This document shows positions 11,776 to 24,747 of a DNA stretch of 64,000 bases, one piece after another. Below the pieces are notes generated by a model. The model did not search any database, was not told the origin of the DNA, and saw only the letters and a list, made by a program, of their open reading frames with translations. Both the position numbers and the translations under genes were made by a program. The DNA comes from Cyanophora paradoxa CCMP329 (lineage: Eukaryota > Plantae > Glaucophyta): positions 434,001 through 498,000 of the forward strand of contig QPMI01000039.1 of NCBI GenBank assembly GCA_004431415.1. Direction: 5' to 3'. Positions within the stretch are counted from its first letter, which is position 1; the number at the start of each line of letters is the position of its first letter.

Positions 11776-12485
11776 TTAGAGAACTTCAGGCCGGAGCCTT
11801 GGAGTCTTGGACCCGCGCGCGCCGGCGCCGGCGCCGTGCAGCGTGCCGAGGCTCGCCGCGGCGCCACGGAATTTGTGACGGAACTTCGGAAACGTTGAGC
11901 TATCCGACGATCCGATGGTCGCTGCAGCTGGCGATCGCTGAGCCACGCCGGATGCAAATTCAACACGCACTGCACTGCGGCATGCACATGCGCGCGCTGC
12001 AGTCGAGCCGGGAAATCGGGACCAACGACCGTCGGTCGGCGTCCGACGGTCGGACCGTCGGAAGTCGAATTCGATGCTGATCGATGATATTCGATATGAG
12101 GCTGCTGCCTCAAGTCCTGCTGGCAGGCTGCTGCACTGCACTGCGGCATGCGCAGTCTGCAGGAGCATTTGCAGCGGCATATGCATGCATGCGCATACGG
12201 ACGATGATCCTCACTTTGGGGTACATGTACCGGTACATGCATGATTTAAAATCGTCTATAGCTACGCCGCGTAGTACGCGGCGGGGCCGGCGGGCCGGCG
12301 GCGGCGACTATAGCTAGCTACGCGGTAGTAAGCGCGCGTCGACGTACTACTAGCACAGTAATAGTAGTACTGTAGTATTACACTACTACTAGTAGAACAG
12401 TTTATTATACTACCGGTATTACAGTTTACTACCGGTAGTACTATGATACTCAGTGACTGTACTAGTCACTGAGTGCCAGTGTTAC

Positions 12486-12754
12486 TACCGTAATGCAGAA
12501 TATTAAGGTCTGCACTTTATTATGTCATCCCCAAATTATGTCGCCTCTCACGTGACTCGTGACGTGAGATAACGACATAATTTGGGACCGTCATAGCAGG
12601 GCACGCTCAGTAGTACCCCATGAAATTTACAGTCCCATATACAAGCCTGAAAATTGCATGCCGACATAATTTGGGGACGTCATATTTCGCATAGAGAAGG
12701 ATCCCGTTTTAAAACGACATAAATTTGACCGTCATATTATTGTGTTTTACGGTA
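12486..12754. mobile_element. MITE, TA|CCGTAA family (Tc2/pogo-like termini)
   Basis: taccgtaa...ttacggta ends and internal cgacataattt repeats. Homologous to 56688-56941 (reverse orientation) and 58086-58333. Confidence 0.85.
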
Positions 12755-13106
12755 GCTATAGCAGTGTAGGCGTATCTAAATTACCGTGGAATTAATTTAC
12801 CGAATTCGCCCAAGCCCGGATGGAATTGCCGCGGCGATAAATTGCCGAATCCAGAGTTAACGTTCTCCAGACTGCAGTTTCAGTGCAGATACTACTATCA
12901 TAATAGTACTTCTGCTCTATGACTGGCTAAGAAAACACCTACCCCCAACACAATTGCCGTGATGCTAGATTGCCGAATTCGGCCTCTCGGCAAATTACAG
13001 CAATTATTTACCACGGGCCACGGGCCACGGCCCACGGGCCCTGCAGCTGGCCGCGGGGCCGGCGCGGGCCTGGCGGCCTGGCCCCATCGAAATCTGGGCC
13101 CATCAG

Positions 13107-13410
13107 TAGGGGTGCGGCTTGCCGGCCAAAAAGTCGGCTCAAGCCAAGCCAAGCCCCGAGCGCTCACGGTCAAGCCAAGCCAAGCCGGCCGGCCGGCCGG
13201 CCCAAGGGCTTGGACTCCCGGCGGGGTCAAGCCCTTGGCTGGGCTTGCGGCAAGCCTAAGGGGGGGTACCCTTCCGCAGGCCCTTGGCGCAGTGGCGAAA
13301 TGCTTATAATATAGCCTTATATTTAGCTTCGAATTCACAAAGAAACGCATGTACAGATACTCTTTTCATCTTTGCTTGGCTCAAGGGCTTGCCTGCAAGC
13401 CGCAGGCCTA
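13107..13410 (+). mobile_element. Non-autonomous hAT-type element with 8-bp target-site duplication
   Basis: TIRs taggggtgcggcttg / caagccgcaggccta. TSD CCCATCAG at 13099-13106 and 13411-13418. CAAGC subterminal repeats. Homologue at 58391-59008. Confidence 0.9.
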
Positions 13411-13829
13411 CCCATCAGCCTGCCAGCCTGGCAGGCTGGCAGCTAGGCTGGCAGACTCAGTGGCAGTGGCAGGCACTGGCAGCAGGGTGGCGGCCCGGTG
13501 GGCGGGTGTGGCCCCATCATGATCATCAGAGTCGGGACAGGCTCCCATGATTGCGACTCGGCGAATCGGCAGTGATTCCCTGATTCGGCACTAGTACTGA
13601 TTCGGCATGCAGCTGCAGCGAATGCCAGCGATTGCGTACCCGTTAAAAAAACAAAATAAACAATGGCGAGTTCAAATTCAAGTGACTCAAAAACTTCATG
13701 ATCATCCCATGGAGTTCATCTGCCCCGTACACTACCCCCCAAAATTTAAATTACCGCCCCATACAAGCCTGAAAAGGTTGCGGTCCACTAATTTCGGGCT
13801 CCAGTGTACACGGTAGTGCGCACTGCGCA

Positions 13830-14071
13830 CAATATATTTTAGTGCGTTTATAAATCCGGACGTCGACCTCGAGTCCTCGACCATAGTAATTAGTTCGGTC
13901 TCCAATTAGAGCGTTTTCTCGATTTCGGCATGCGCGTCGTATGGGGCGGGAGGTACACGCTGTACCCCAATGGTATTTCCTTAGCCACCTTTTATTTGTG
14001 CGGTCTCAAATTAGTGCGTTTTTAGATTATTTAGATTAAACGTTAACGCACTAATATTCTGTCTTACGGTA
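13830..14071. mobile_element. Degraded TA|CCG MITE with damaged left end
   Basis: Right end taatattctgtcttacggta. The internal segment tagtaattagttcggtctc...gtatgggg...ggtacac is shared with 23295-23410. Confidence 0.6.
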
Positions 14072-15159
14072 CTACCAGTGTGATGAACGGATCATGAAGT
14101 CTCATCAACTCACATGAATCCGTCTTAACGGGGAACCGGTACGAGTTCAACGGGAACTTCATGTAATTCAACCGAGTTGAACCTTAACGTTAACCGTCGT
14201 AATAACCGACCTCGCCGTCAGTCACGGTCAGTGCCCGTCACCGTGCGTCACGGCGTCACCTGAGACTCACCTCGGTGAGGCTCGGTCCGAGATCTAGACT
14301 CGAGTCACTCGATTGGACCGAGAGTCGGTCCGACTCGGTCGACGTACACGGTACACGTCCGACGACGTCGACGATTCCGGCAACGAACCGCTTCAGATCT
14401 AAGTTTCGTTCATCACCAGGATGACAGGATCACCTGAGTCATATGAGCACGACAATACTGGTATTATGAGATCTCCCCAATGACTCCCCATGCGTGATGG
14501 CCAGCGACCGCCCCCCCCCCCCCCCCCCAGCAGTACTAGAAGTAGAAGTAGTCTAAGCTAGTTCTAGTAGAGAGCACCTGGCGGGCTCGGCCGCGGGGAG
14601 AGGAGGGCGTTCGAATTCGCGCGCGGCAGAACTTGGAGCAGAGGCGCGGCGGATGCGAGGCGGGCCACGGGCCAGCTTCATGATCAGGGCCGGGACCGTC
14701 GGACCGGAGGGGTGCCGGGTCCGGACGACAGGATGCAAGCTTTCGGATCAGCTGCAGGGGTCTATCTGCAGGCGGCGCAGCGCTTATTCGTTTTGATCGC
14801 TTATTTGATCGCTGAGTCAGGCTGAGTCAGTCTATCTGCAGGCGGCGCAGCGCGGGCGCCGGCGCCTGCCGGGGGGGGGAAGGGGGGGGGGGGGGTGGAA
14901 GCCATGCATGCGCAAGCCCCGGGGCACCGCGATCCCGAGCACCCCACGCCTGCTGCAGCTAGCGCTGGAAACCCCGTCCAGCCTCCGAGGCTCGCCGCGG
15001 CGCTTCACCGACCCCTCCAAACGCAAACATGAGCCCTGCACGCGTTTTCGGTATAAAGCTTTTTCGCGCCTCGGTGTTTGAGGGACAGGGCTCCAGTCTC
15101 CCCCACAGGGCAGTAGTCGCCGGCCGGCCTTGGCTCAAGAGTTTGGGGGGCCGGGGGTA

Positions 15160-16385
15160 CCTTGGCGTCGCGGTCGGGGAGGCGGGCGGCGAGGCGGGCG
15201 GCCTCCTGCACCGCCCCGCCGGCCGCCGCCGCCTCCACCAGCGCCTCCAGCGGCACCTGCGCCCCGGGGCCCGCCCCCTCAGCGCCCCCGCCGGCCCTGC
15301 GGGGCGGGGCGGAGGCGGGCGGGCGGGCCTTGCCGTCCTTCGCGAGGGCCTCGAGGGCCGGCCAGTCGCGCCGCCGGCACGCCGCCCGCGCCCGCAGCCG
15401 CGCCGAGCGCGCCGGCGAGAGCCCCATCGCCGCCGCCAGCTGCTTGTAACCCCGCTCGTCCCCTCCTCCAGCATCTCCGCCAGGCCCTCCGCCGGGCTCT
15501 GCGCCGGCCGAGGCGCCCGCCCGGCCGTAAGGGGGGTGGGGCTCGGAGGGCGGGCGGGCGCGGCCGGCGCACGGTGCGGACGGGCGGCGCCGGGGCGCCC
15601 CGCGGGGGCGGCGGCTGCGCCCTGAGCCGGGCCGACTCGGCGGCGAGGACCTGCGGGGCGGGTCGGGGGCGGGGGCGCGGGGCGGGGCGGGGCGGGGCGG
15701 GGCGGGCGGGGCGGACGCGGGCGAGGAATGGGTCGCCGGCGAAGAAGTCGGCCGAGCGCTGCGCGACGGCGGCGCGCTCCGCCGCCTCCGCCGCCGCCGG
15801 CGACGCCAGGAACTCCGCCAGCGTCCCCAGCCCCGCCTCCTCCCTGCCCCAACCCGTCAGCGAACGAGGGCGGGGCCGGGCCGGGCCGGGGGGCGGGGCG
15901 GGCGGGGGGCGGGCCGGTCGCCGGAGTGGAAGGCGAGGGTCTTGAGGAGCTCGCGGTCGCCGGCGCGGGCGGCGAGGGCGGCGAAGAGCGCCCGCCCGCG
16001 CCCCGCCACGGGGTCCGCCCCGGAGAGCAGCGCGAGCAGCTCCGCCGCCGCTGCAGCCGCAGCAGCGTCCCCGCCACTGCGCCCGACATCGGCCGGTCCG
16101 TCGCACAGGTCGCTACGAAGCGGCGGGCGGCGGCGGAGCGCGAGCGCACGGCAGAGGTCGTGCGCGGCGGACGCGTGCTGCGCGGCATCGACGGCGTGAG
16201 CCCGAGCTGGGCGGGCGGGGCGGGGCGGGGCGGGGCGGGGCGCGGGGGGACCTGCAGGGCGGCGTGGTCGTCCTGGAGGTCGAGGAGGGCGTGGGCGCCC
16301 CGCTCGGCCAGCGGCTCGCGCTCCAGCAGCAGCGCCGCCAGCCGCGGCCGCCCGTGCGCCACCGCCGCCCCGGCCAGCTCCGTGA
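15160..16385 (-). pseudogene. Inverted partial duplicate of the VPS16 3' region, introns included
   Basis: The reverse complement is near-identical to about 19270-20488. It has a 10-nt deletion near 16045 relative to the main copy. Confidence 0.85.
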
Positions 16386-16605
16386 GGAAGACGTCAACGC
16401 CTGCCGGCGAATAGAGGGAGCGCACGCATTCTTAGAATCAGCTTCTTCGCCGCGGGTGCTGCACGAAGCCAAGGCTGTGGAGTTTAAAGTGTGTCCCTAC
16501 CCCCCCCTGGCCACCTTGCAAAGTCATTCTCAGCGACACAGAGTGTCAAATCCGCTGCGCGAGTCATTCAATATCGTGCGCCGTGAGCCGTGAGCCGCGG
16601 GCGCG

Positions 16606-17104
16606 ATGGAGAGCGACGCGGTGACGGTGCGGCTCGAGGGCGACTTGTACCGCCTGTACGAGGTCTTTTCGCTGCCGTGGTCTGCCCAGGAGCTTGAGGA
16701 GAGCATCGTCGCCGTCGCACCCTTCGGTGGGCCGCTCGCCCTCACGCGCGACTACCGCAAGCTTGTCCTGCTGCATGGCCCGACGGACCGCGAGGTCCTC
16801 GGCCCACGCCGCGCCTCGGGGCGCCCGCTGACCGGCCCCGCAGATCCGCACGTACACTGCCGCGGGCGACCCGCTTGCCGCCTTCGAGGCGCCGAAGGGC
16901 CGCGCGCTGGCCCTCGGCTGGACGCGCGACCTGCAGCTCGCCGTCGTCGCAGAGTGCGCCGCCCGCCCCCTCGCCCGTCCGCTCGCCCCGCCGCGCGGCC
17001 GGCGCCCCGCCGAGCGGCGCGCAGTGACGGCGCCACATACCTGTACACGATGCTGGGGCAGCTCCTCCGCACCGTCCCGTTCCGCTCCGTGCGCTCCCCG
17101 CCGA

Positions 17105-17136
<32 letters not shown>

Positions 17137-20100
17137 AGCCCGCCCCGCGCGCGCCGCGGCCGGTGCCGGCGCCGCAGAAGCCCTCCGGTCCTATCGTCGA
17201 CGCCTGCTGCTGGGTGCGCGCTCGCGCCGCAGCGCACCATCGCCCCGCCGCGCGGCCGCCGAGCGCCCCGCAGGCGGACGGATGCGCCGTGTTCGCTCGG
17301 GAGGCGGCGGGCATACGGCCCCACGCGGTGCGCCCGGCCCCGCCCCGCCCGGCGGCCGCCCGAGCCTGCGGGGTACAGATCGTGGATCTCTCCGCCGGGC
17401 CCCGAACCGTACCCCTCGCCCCGCTCGCCCCCGCAGGTCCTTTCCCCACGCGCCCCCTGCGTCCCTTTTGACCTTTAATTTCCAGCGCCCGAACCGCCCG
17501 CAGGTCCACCGGCGCTCGACTGGGGCGTCACTGCCGCCGCCTGCCGCCGCGGCCCGTCCGGCGCCCCGGTACCACCACCCCCTCTCCCCCGCCCAGCCCC
17601 CGGCCCCGCGCCCCGCCCCGCCCCGCCCCGCCCCGCCGAGCGCCGCCGCAGGAAGCGATCGTAGTGCTGCGGGATGGGTCCGGGCGCGTCGCCGTCTGCC
17701 GCTCTACCCCCGACGCCGCCAGTGACGTCACGGTCCGCCCTGCGTTTTCCCCCTGGACCCCTCCGCGGCTGAGGGTGGAGCAGGGGAGCCTGGCCGGGGG
17801 CGAGGCGCCTTCAGCCCTGGCCGGCCTCGCCCTCTCCCCCTCCGGGGGCTCCTCGCCTTTCTCGTCGCCGTGCGCTGCCCGCCCGCCCCGCCCGCCCCGC
17901 CGCCTCTGCCAGCGCGCCGGCGAGCGGGGCGGCGCGCAGGAGGCCCGCGCCTCCGCGTCTGCCCCCGCGTGGCGTCTCCGCGTCGCCCGCTCCGATTCGC
18001 TGCAGGCGACCGCGTCTCACCCCCCGCCCGCCGCGCCGCGCGCCCTCACGCCCCCGCAGGTGGTGACGGACGTAGCGCTGCCTCCGGCGGCCGGCGCCCG
18101 CCCCTCGGTCCAGTGGCGCGCGCGGCCGCCCCCGCCGGCGCGCCCTCCGCCGTCTCACGGGCCGGGGCGGCAGGGTGGGATCCGACGCCGTGGCCGTGGC
18201 CGGGGAGGGGGAGCTGCTCCTTGCGGCCGCCTCGGGCGCCCTCGCGCGGCTCGAACTCGGGGCCGGCCCCCCCGCCGCCCTCGGCCCCGAGCCCGACGGC
18301 TCCGCCCTCGTCACCCCCGACGCCCGCCTCTTTCTCTCCCGCCTGCCCCGTGCGCCCCGTGCGCCCCACGCCCCGCCGCCGCTGGCTGACGCGGGGCGCA
18401 GCGGCGGCGGCGGAGGCGGCGGCGCCCGGGAGCACGGCCCCCGGCGCCCTGCTCCTCGACGCCTCCGACTCGGCCGAGGCGCGCCGCCCGCGCCCAGCCC
18501 CGCCCCGCCCGAACGAACGCCGGGGCGCAGGAGGAGCCCGGGGCGGACCACGTCCTCCGCCGCCTCCGCTCCGCCGGCGACCTGCCCCGCGCCGTGCGCG
18601 CCCCGCCCCGCGCCTCCCGCCCCGCCCCGCGCCTCAGATCAGATCGAGCCCCGCCTCAGATCGACTCGCTGCTGGAGGCCGCCCTCCACGAGCCCTCCCC
18701 CGCCGCCCAGAAGCGCCTCCTCCAGGCCCGTTTCCCCCCCTCCTTTCTTTCGTGTACCGCCGCCCCTTCGAACCCGCACCCCGCAGGCGGCGTCGCTGGG
18801 CGACTCGTACAACCGCAGCGCGTCGTCGCCGCTCGTCGCGCAGGCCCGTCCGAGCCTGCTCCAGCCCAGGCCCAAGCTGAGCCTGCCCCCCGCAGGCGTG
18901 CAGCGTGCTGCGCCTGATGAACGCGCTGCGGGCCGAGGGCATCCCCATCACGTACCCCCAGTCCGCCGCCCGTCCCCTCCCCTCCCCTCCCCTTCCCCCC
19001 CGCCCGCCCCGGTCTTCGAGCGGGCCGGCCGGGCCGGGCCGGGGCGCAGGCTGCAGGCGGCGGGGGCGGCGGGCGTGATAGGCCACCTGATGGCGCGGCG
19101 GCAGCACCTGCTGGCGGCGCGCCTCTGCGCCCACGCCGGCCTGCCCTCGGAGGGCGTCCTCCTCGACTGGGCGGCGGCGCGCCTCGCGGGGGAGCCCTCC
19201 GCGCCCGACGCGGCGCTCCTCTCGGCGCTCGTCGAGAAGGCGCCGGCGCCGCCGCCACCGGGACTCTTCGCGGAGCTGGCGGGGGCGGCGGTGGCGCACG
19301 GGCGGCCGCGGCTGGCGGCGCTGCTGCTGGAGCGCGAGCCGCTGGCCGAGCGGGGCGCCCCGCCCTCCTCGACCTCCAGGACGACCACGCCGCCCTGCAG
19401 GTCCCCCCGCGCCCCGCCCCGCCCCGCCCCGCCCGCCCCGCCCGCCCAGCTCGGGCTCACGCCGTCGATGCCGCGCAGCACGCGTCCGCCGCGCACGACC
19501 TCTGCCGTGCGCTCGCGCTCCGCCGCCGCCCGCCGCTTCGTAGCGACCTGTGCGACGGACCGGCCGATGTCGGGCGCAGTGGCGGGGACGCTGCTGCGGC
19601 TGCAGCGGCGGCGACCGGCGGCGGAGCTGCTCGCGCTGCTCTCCGGGGCGGACCCCGTGGCGGGGCGCGGGCGGGCGCTCTTCGCCGCCCTCGCCGCCCG
19701 CGCCGGCGACCGCGAGCTCCTCAAGACCCTCGCCTTCCACTCCGGCGACCGGCCCGCCCCCCGCCCGCCCCCGGCCCCGCCCTCGTTCGCTGACGGGTTG
19801 GGGCAGGGAGGAGGCGGGGCTGGGGACGCTGGCGGAGTTCCTCGCGTCGCCGGCGGCGGCGGAGGCGGCGGAGCGCGCCGCCGTCGCGCAGCGCTCGGGC
19901 GACTTCTTCGCCGGCGACCCATTCCTCACCCGCGTCCGCCCCGCCCGCCCCGCCCCGCGCCGCCCCGCGCCCCCGCCCCTGACCCGCCCCGCAGGTCCTC
20001 GCCGCCGAGTCGGCCCGGCTCCGGGCGCAGCCGCCGCCCCCGCGGGGCGCCCCGGCACCGCCCGTCCGCACCGTGCGCCGCGCCGCGCCCGCCCGCCCTC

Positions 20101-20868
20101 CGAACCCCACCCCTCTCACGGCCGGGCGGGCGCCTCGGCCGGCGCAGAGCCCGGCGGAGGGCCTGGCGGAGATGCTGGAGGAGGGGGACGAGCGGGGGTA
20201 CAAGCGGCTGGCGGCGGCGATGGGGCTCTCGCCGGCGCGCTCGGCGCGGCTGCGGGCGCGGGCGGCGTGCCGGCGGCGCGACTGGCCGGCCCTCGAGGCC
20301 CTCGCGAAGGAGGGCAAGGCCCGCACACCCGCCTCCGCCCCGCCCCGCTGGGCCGGCGGGGGCGCTGACCGGGCGGGCCCCGGGGCGCAGGTGCCGCTGG
20401 AGGCGCTGGTGGAGGCGGCGGCGGCCGGCGGGGCGGTGCAGGAGGCCGCCCGCCTCGCCGCCCGCCTCCCCGACCGCGACGCCAAGGTGCCTCCCCAAAA
20501 CTCCTCCTCCCCCTCCTCCTCGTGGGCCCAAACGTGCCGCAGATCTTCTACTTCCTGCAACTTAACTGCCTCCGCGAGGCCGCCGAAGCCGCCGCGGCCG
20601 CCCGCGACCCCGTCGCCCTCCAGGCGCCCCGGGCCCCGCCCGCCCGCCCCGCCCGGCGGCGCGCCCCGCCCTCGCTGAGACGCGCGGGGCGCGCAGGCGG
20701 TGCGGGCGCGGGCGACGGACCCCAACCTCCTCCTCCTCATCGACCGGGCCCTGCAGGTGCCCGCCCCGGGCCCGCGGCCGCGCCGGGATCCGCCGCGTCC
20801 ACGTGCCCCAGCACGGGGAGCCGGTGCCCGCCGCCCTCACGCCCCGCATGCGAGCGCAGGCCGCGTGA
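16606..20868 (+). CDS. VPS16: Vacuolar protein sorting 16 (HOPS/CORVET subunit), many introns
   Basis: The N-terminus LYRLYEVFSLPW...IVAVAPFGGPLALTRDYRKL...IRTYTAAG is the Vps16_N signature. Later LRLMNALR, GIPITYPQ and LMARRQHLLAARLC. The apparent 1-nt frameshift near 19360 is probably an assembly error, since the duplicate reads GAHALLDLQ. Confidence 0.85.
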
Positions 20869-21530
20869 CAAGCAAGTGGCCGCTATAGCTTTAGCTAGTA
20901 CTGCCGCCTCCGTCGCCCTTCCTCCTCCCCCCCCCTCCGCTCCCCCCCCCCTAGTACTCAGCACGTATACGTATATATATAGGGGTGTAGAGTACCTACT
21001 GTGCGTATGCTTCGGCTGGTTCTCGGTACCGTGGATGGGGTCTTAGACTCTTAATTAACTTAGCAAGCTTGGCACAAGTATACGTACGAGTACTAGTACT
21101 ACTAGTAGCTGTAGCTGGCCCAGTGGACCGCTACATAGCTAGTAGCTACTACTAAGTACTGGAGACTCAGTGGAGAGCTAGAAATATATTTAAAAATTAG
21201 AATGTACGTTGCATTTAAATTTACTACGTTTTGACCGATCGATATCCACTAATTCCCGCCATTTTGAACATTTCGAATTCCCGCCTCCTGCAAGTTGGCT
21301 ACAATTAGCGGATCCGGAGGGGTACTACGATACCAATACACCGCTCGCGCTACACAAATTTAAGCGCCCGCCCGCCCGGGGCCGCCCCTAGCTGGAATTA
21401 GCCTGGAAATATAGGCCTGCGCATGCGCATGCGCGCGAATTTACCTACTTATTATAAGTTCAATTATGCTTCGCATGCCATGATTATATATGCACGTGCA
21501 CTGAATTATGGATGCCCAGCTGCCCAGATC

Positions 21531-22928
21531 CCCTCTAGTTCAGAGAATCCTCCGGATCCAGATCCTGTGCCTCCTGCCCAGCGCCCCCGCCTCCAGTCTC
21601 CGGATCCGGCACCCCCAGTGCTTGCTCCAGCTCCTGCAGCTGCGGCTACATATGCCGAGCCCCGTCAGCCTGTTCCGACTTTGCGACGGATTCGCTCCCC
21701 TGCACCCTCACCGTCGCCACCTGCTCAGCGGCTCCGTACTTCCCTGCCCCCCCCTAGTCCTTCTCTGATACCTTCCGTTTCACGAATCCGCCGCCCCCGG
21801 TCTCCGTCGAATTCAACCTTGCCTCCCGATGCCGATCCGTCCCCTGTCCATGTGTCTCGGCGCCTGCGGCTTTCCTCTCCTGTACCTTCGGCTTCCCCTC
21901 TGGCTGTCCCGCCAGATCCACCTCGCCCGCCGGTTCCTGCATGGCCCCCTTTGATTCATGATAGTCTTGTATCAATCTTCGCTTCACCTCAACTTAGTTT
22001 ACCCTCAGTTGTTTTGCCGTCACCTCCATCAGATGCTTCATCGATGTTAGTTAGGAGCACTGGCCCCCTCCACCTTCCAGTTCCTCGTGTATTCCATGCC
22101 TTCCCTGTACCTTTGATTCCGTTCCCTTTGTCGTTAGCTCTGCCTCTTCCTCCTCCATCTCTCACTGTTAGCCCTCAGGCAGTTCCGCCTCTTTATCTTC
22201 AGCGACCGTCAGACCGTATAGTTTTTGGCAGCGAGTATTTTGTGTATGGTGACGTTCCTCGTGTGTACCCTTCTCTCTCTTCTACTTCGCTATATTTGCC
22301 TCTCCCGCCTGGTTCAGCCCCATCGTCTGCCTTCCCTGTCACTACTGGCTTGCGTTTCGCCCCTCCTCTTATACTGCCGATTCCGAGTCTGCACCCGAGC
22401 TCTGCCCCTTTCCTCGTGTCGTCCCCAGTTCCTCAGATTAGTCTTCAGCCGTCCATTGTTTTACCAACTCTACAATCTCGATTCCGTTTAGACACTCCGC
22501 CAGCTTCGACTTTCCCCTCTAGTGGTGTCCTACGTTTCGCCTCTCCTACTGTTCTACCGCCTTTGCCTCCTGCGACTACGTCTTCTAGTTCTGCTGTTAG
22601 CTCTGTCTTGTCGTCTTCGTCTAGATCTTCGTCTTCGACTGTAGTTCCTCGTGCTCGTTCTCCTTATTTGCTGCGTCCCCGTGCTCCTCGTCGTTCTAGT
22701 GTGACTAGTACTTCTGCATCGACGCCCTTGAGCTCTTCTACTCCTTCTCCTCGTGCTCGTTCTCCTTATCTTTTGCGTTCTTCTGATCGTGTCCCTTCTC
22801 GTGATCCCTCTTGATTCTGTATATATTTTGTGCTAGTTTACTGTATCTTTGATTTGTGATTGCTTTGTTGTCTTTAATATCACTACCTACGGGGGGTTCG
22901 CCCCACCGTAGTCTCTCAAAAAAAAAAA
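21531..22928 (+). mobile_element. 5'-truncated poly(A) retroelement (LINE-like 3' part) carrying a Pro/Ser-rich ORF that ends at 22814
   Basis: A 3' stem-loop (ctacgggggg-ttcg-ccccaccgtag) is followed by an A-tail. Flanking direct repeat tgcccagatc at 21521-21530 and 22929-22938. Second copy at 59340-59689. No RT domain visible. Confidence 0.7.
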
Positions 22929-23294
22929 TGCCCAGATCTAGAAGCCGAATTTTCGAGCTTCTGCTGAAGTGGGCCAGAACTTCCCAGAAGCTCGAACTCG
23001 GAAGTTAAAGGCCCAGAAGTTGGGGGCCAGAACGTACCGATCACAAGATTCACGACGTACTAGGAGTCGAGGTCCCGCGGGCCGCGGCCGAGGACACTGT
23101 AGTGACTAGTACTGTACACGCAAGTTACCCGTCTAGTACTTTCTTGGTACCAATCGTGTGGTCGGTACCGCGTGGCGGATCGCGGCCTCTTTGGAGGTTG
23201 TCTCAGGAGGCTCCGACTCGCCTCCGAGCCCTGACAACTCCTACGTATACGTATACGTATACCCTAAGAGGCTAAGACCCCGACCCCGACCATA

Positions 23295-23410
23295 TATAGT
23301 AATTAGTTCGGTCTCAAATTTGGCAGTGTACGTAGTAATTAGTGTTACCGTGGCAGTGTATGGGGTGAGGGGTACACACGGTACCCAACGACATTTTCTT
23401 AGTGTCCTGT
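23295..23410. mobile_element. MITE fragment related to 13880-13995
   Basis: Shares tagtaattagttcggtctc and the gtatgggg...ggtacac...gtaccc core. Confidence 0.5.
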
Positions 23411-24494
23411 TATAATAGCAATTACACGGTAACTTGGCAAGTTCCGAACTTCGCGCAATTCGGATCCGAAAGTTCCGCCGGGCCGGCAACTTCGAATTAA
23501 TATTACTATTCATTCCGGCCCGCGGGCCCGCCCCGGCCCGGCCAATATTAATTCCGGGCCCTCCCAAGTTTATGCTTAATTATAAGCCGCCCAACCGCGT
23601 GGTAACTTCCAATTCAATGATTGATGATCAGGTACCCGGTTCGCAGGAGCCTCGGAGTCAGGAGCAGTGATGGCATTTTTTCTAGAAACATTTCTATAAA
23701 CAATTTCGAAATCAATTTCGAAATTGTTTCCGAAAAGGTCCCGAGAGACCCCCCTAATTAGGAATTGTTTCTATTTAAGGGGGGGTACTCTTGTTTTGCC
23801 ACATTCTGCGCAAAACACGGCGAAACAACGCATTAGAATGATAGGAAACGTGATAGAAAGGTTAAATAACACGATAGGAGTCTATCGTAGACGTCTAGAA
23901 CCGGAACTCAGCCACCAACAAGGCTGGCAGGGGGTACGAGGTGTGAATTTCCCTTTCGTACTGTCGCATGTTCTGATGATCCGGAAGGCGCGAAACTGGA
24001 CAGTTACCAATAAGGAAAGCATAAGAAGGTTAAAGGGAGCGTCAGGCATCAGCAGAAGGGCCCTCGGGAGGGGCCCCTGATTTCGGAAATATTTCGGAAA
24101 TATTTCCGAAATATTTCGGAAACGTTTCCGAAATGGTCCATTTTTGGGTTAATTCGGAATACCATCAGGGAGTCGGGAGTCGGGACGTACTCCGACGGTA
24201 CTCGGGACTCCTTCAGAGTCGGAATTCGAAGCTTCGATCTAGCTTATATTTAATTATAATTTAAAAGCTTCAGCCGGCGCAGCTTCCTTTTTTTTGAGAG
24301 CTTCCGGGGATCCTCGAGCCTCGGAGCTCTGAGTCTAAGTCAGCTCCTAGAAATAGTAAGTTAGTAACACCTGCACTCAGTGACTGTGACTCTAGTCTGT
24401 GAGCTCTCGAGTCTGTGACAGTGACGCCGCACCGTGCGGCCGGCCGGCGGCCGCCGCCGGCCCGCCGGGCGTCATGCATCATGATGCATGCGCA

Positions 24495-24747
24495 TACTGT
24501 AAACGTAGAAATTTTCGTCGAGACTTAATTTCGACAAAACCCGAAAATCGTGACGAAAATATGATTCGACAACATCATATTTTCGTCAGCCCCGCGAATC
24601 CTCCATTGACGTGTCAGCCGTTAGTACCCTTCCCCATACAAAATTTCAGTTCAAGAGTATCAAATATTCGTCAAAGCGCATGCAGGTCTGACGAATATTA
24701 ATATAGACGAAATAAAGACGCTGTCGAAGATTCCTACGTTTACAGTA
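24495..24747. mobile_element. MITE, TA|CTGTAAACGTA family
   Basis: tactgtaaacgtag ... ctacgtttacagta; same termini as 2978-3202. Confidence 0.85.

Noticed and set aside
12530-12735. Repeated cgacataattt units as a CRISPR-like array
   Set aside because: These are short subterminal repeats in both orientations inside a TIR-bounded MITE. There is no regular spacer structure and no cas genes, and the context is eukaryotic.
14076-14418. Possible element bounded by gtgatgaacg / cgttcatcac
   Set aside because: Only a 10-bp inverted match, with no TSD and no second full copy in the window.
19350-19365. Frameshift suggesting that VPS16 is a pseudogene
   Set aside because: It is a single-base loss in a C-run, and the duplicate has the intact reading. 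An assembly error is more likely.
21040-21135. Short matches to 3243, 3419 and 3938 suggesting a shared element
   Set aside because: The matches are only 11-12 nt and are not collinear.
23665-24170. Possible hAT-like element (tgatggcatt...aataccatca) with ATTTCGGAAAT repeats
   Set aside because: The terminal match is short and there is no convincing TSD.
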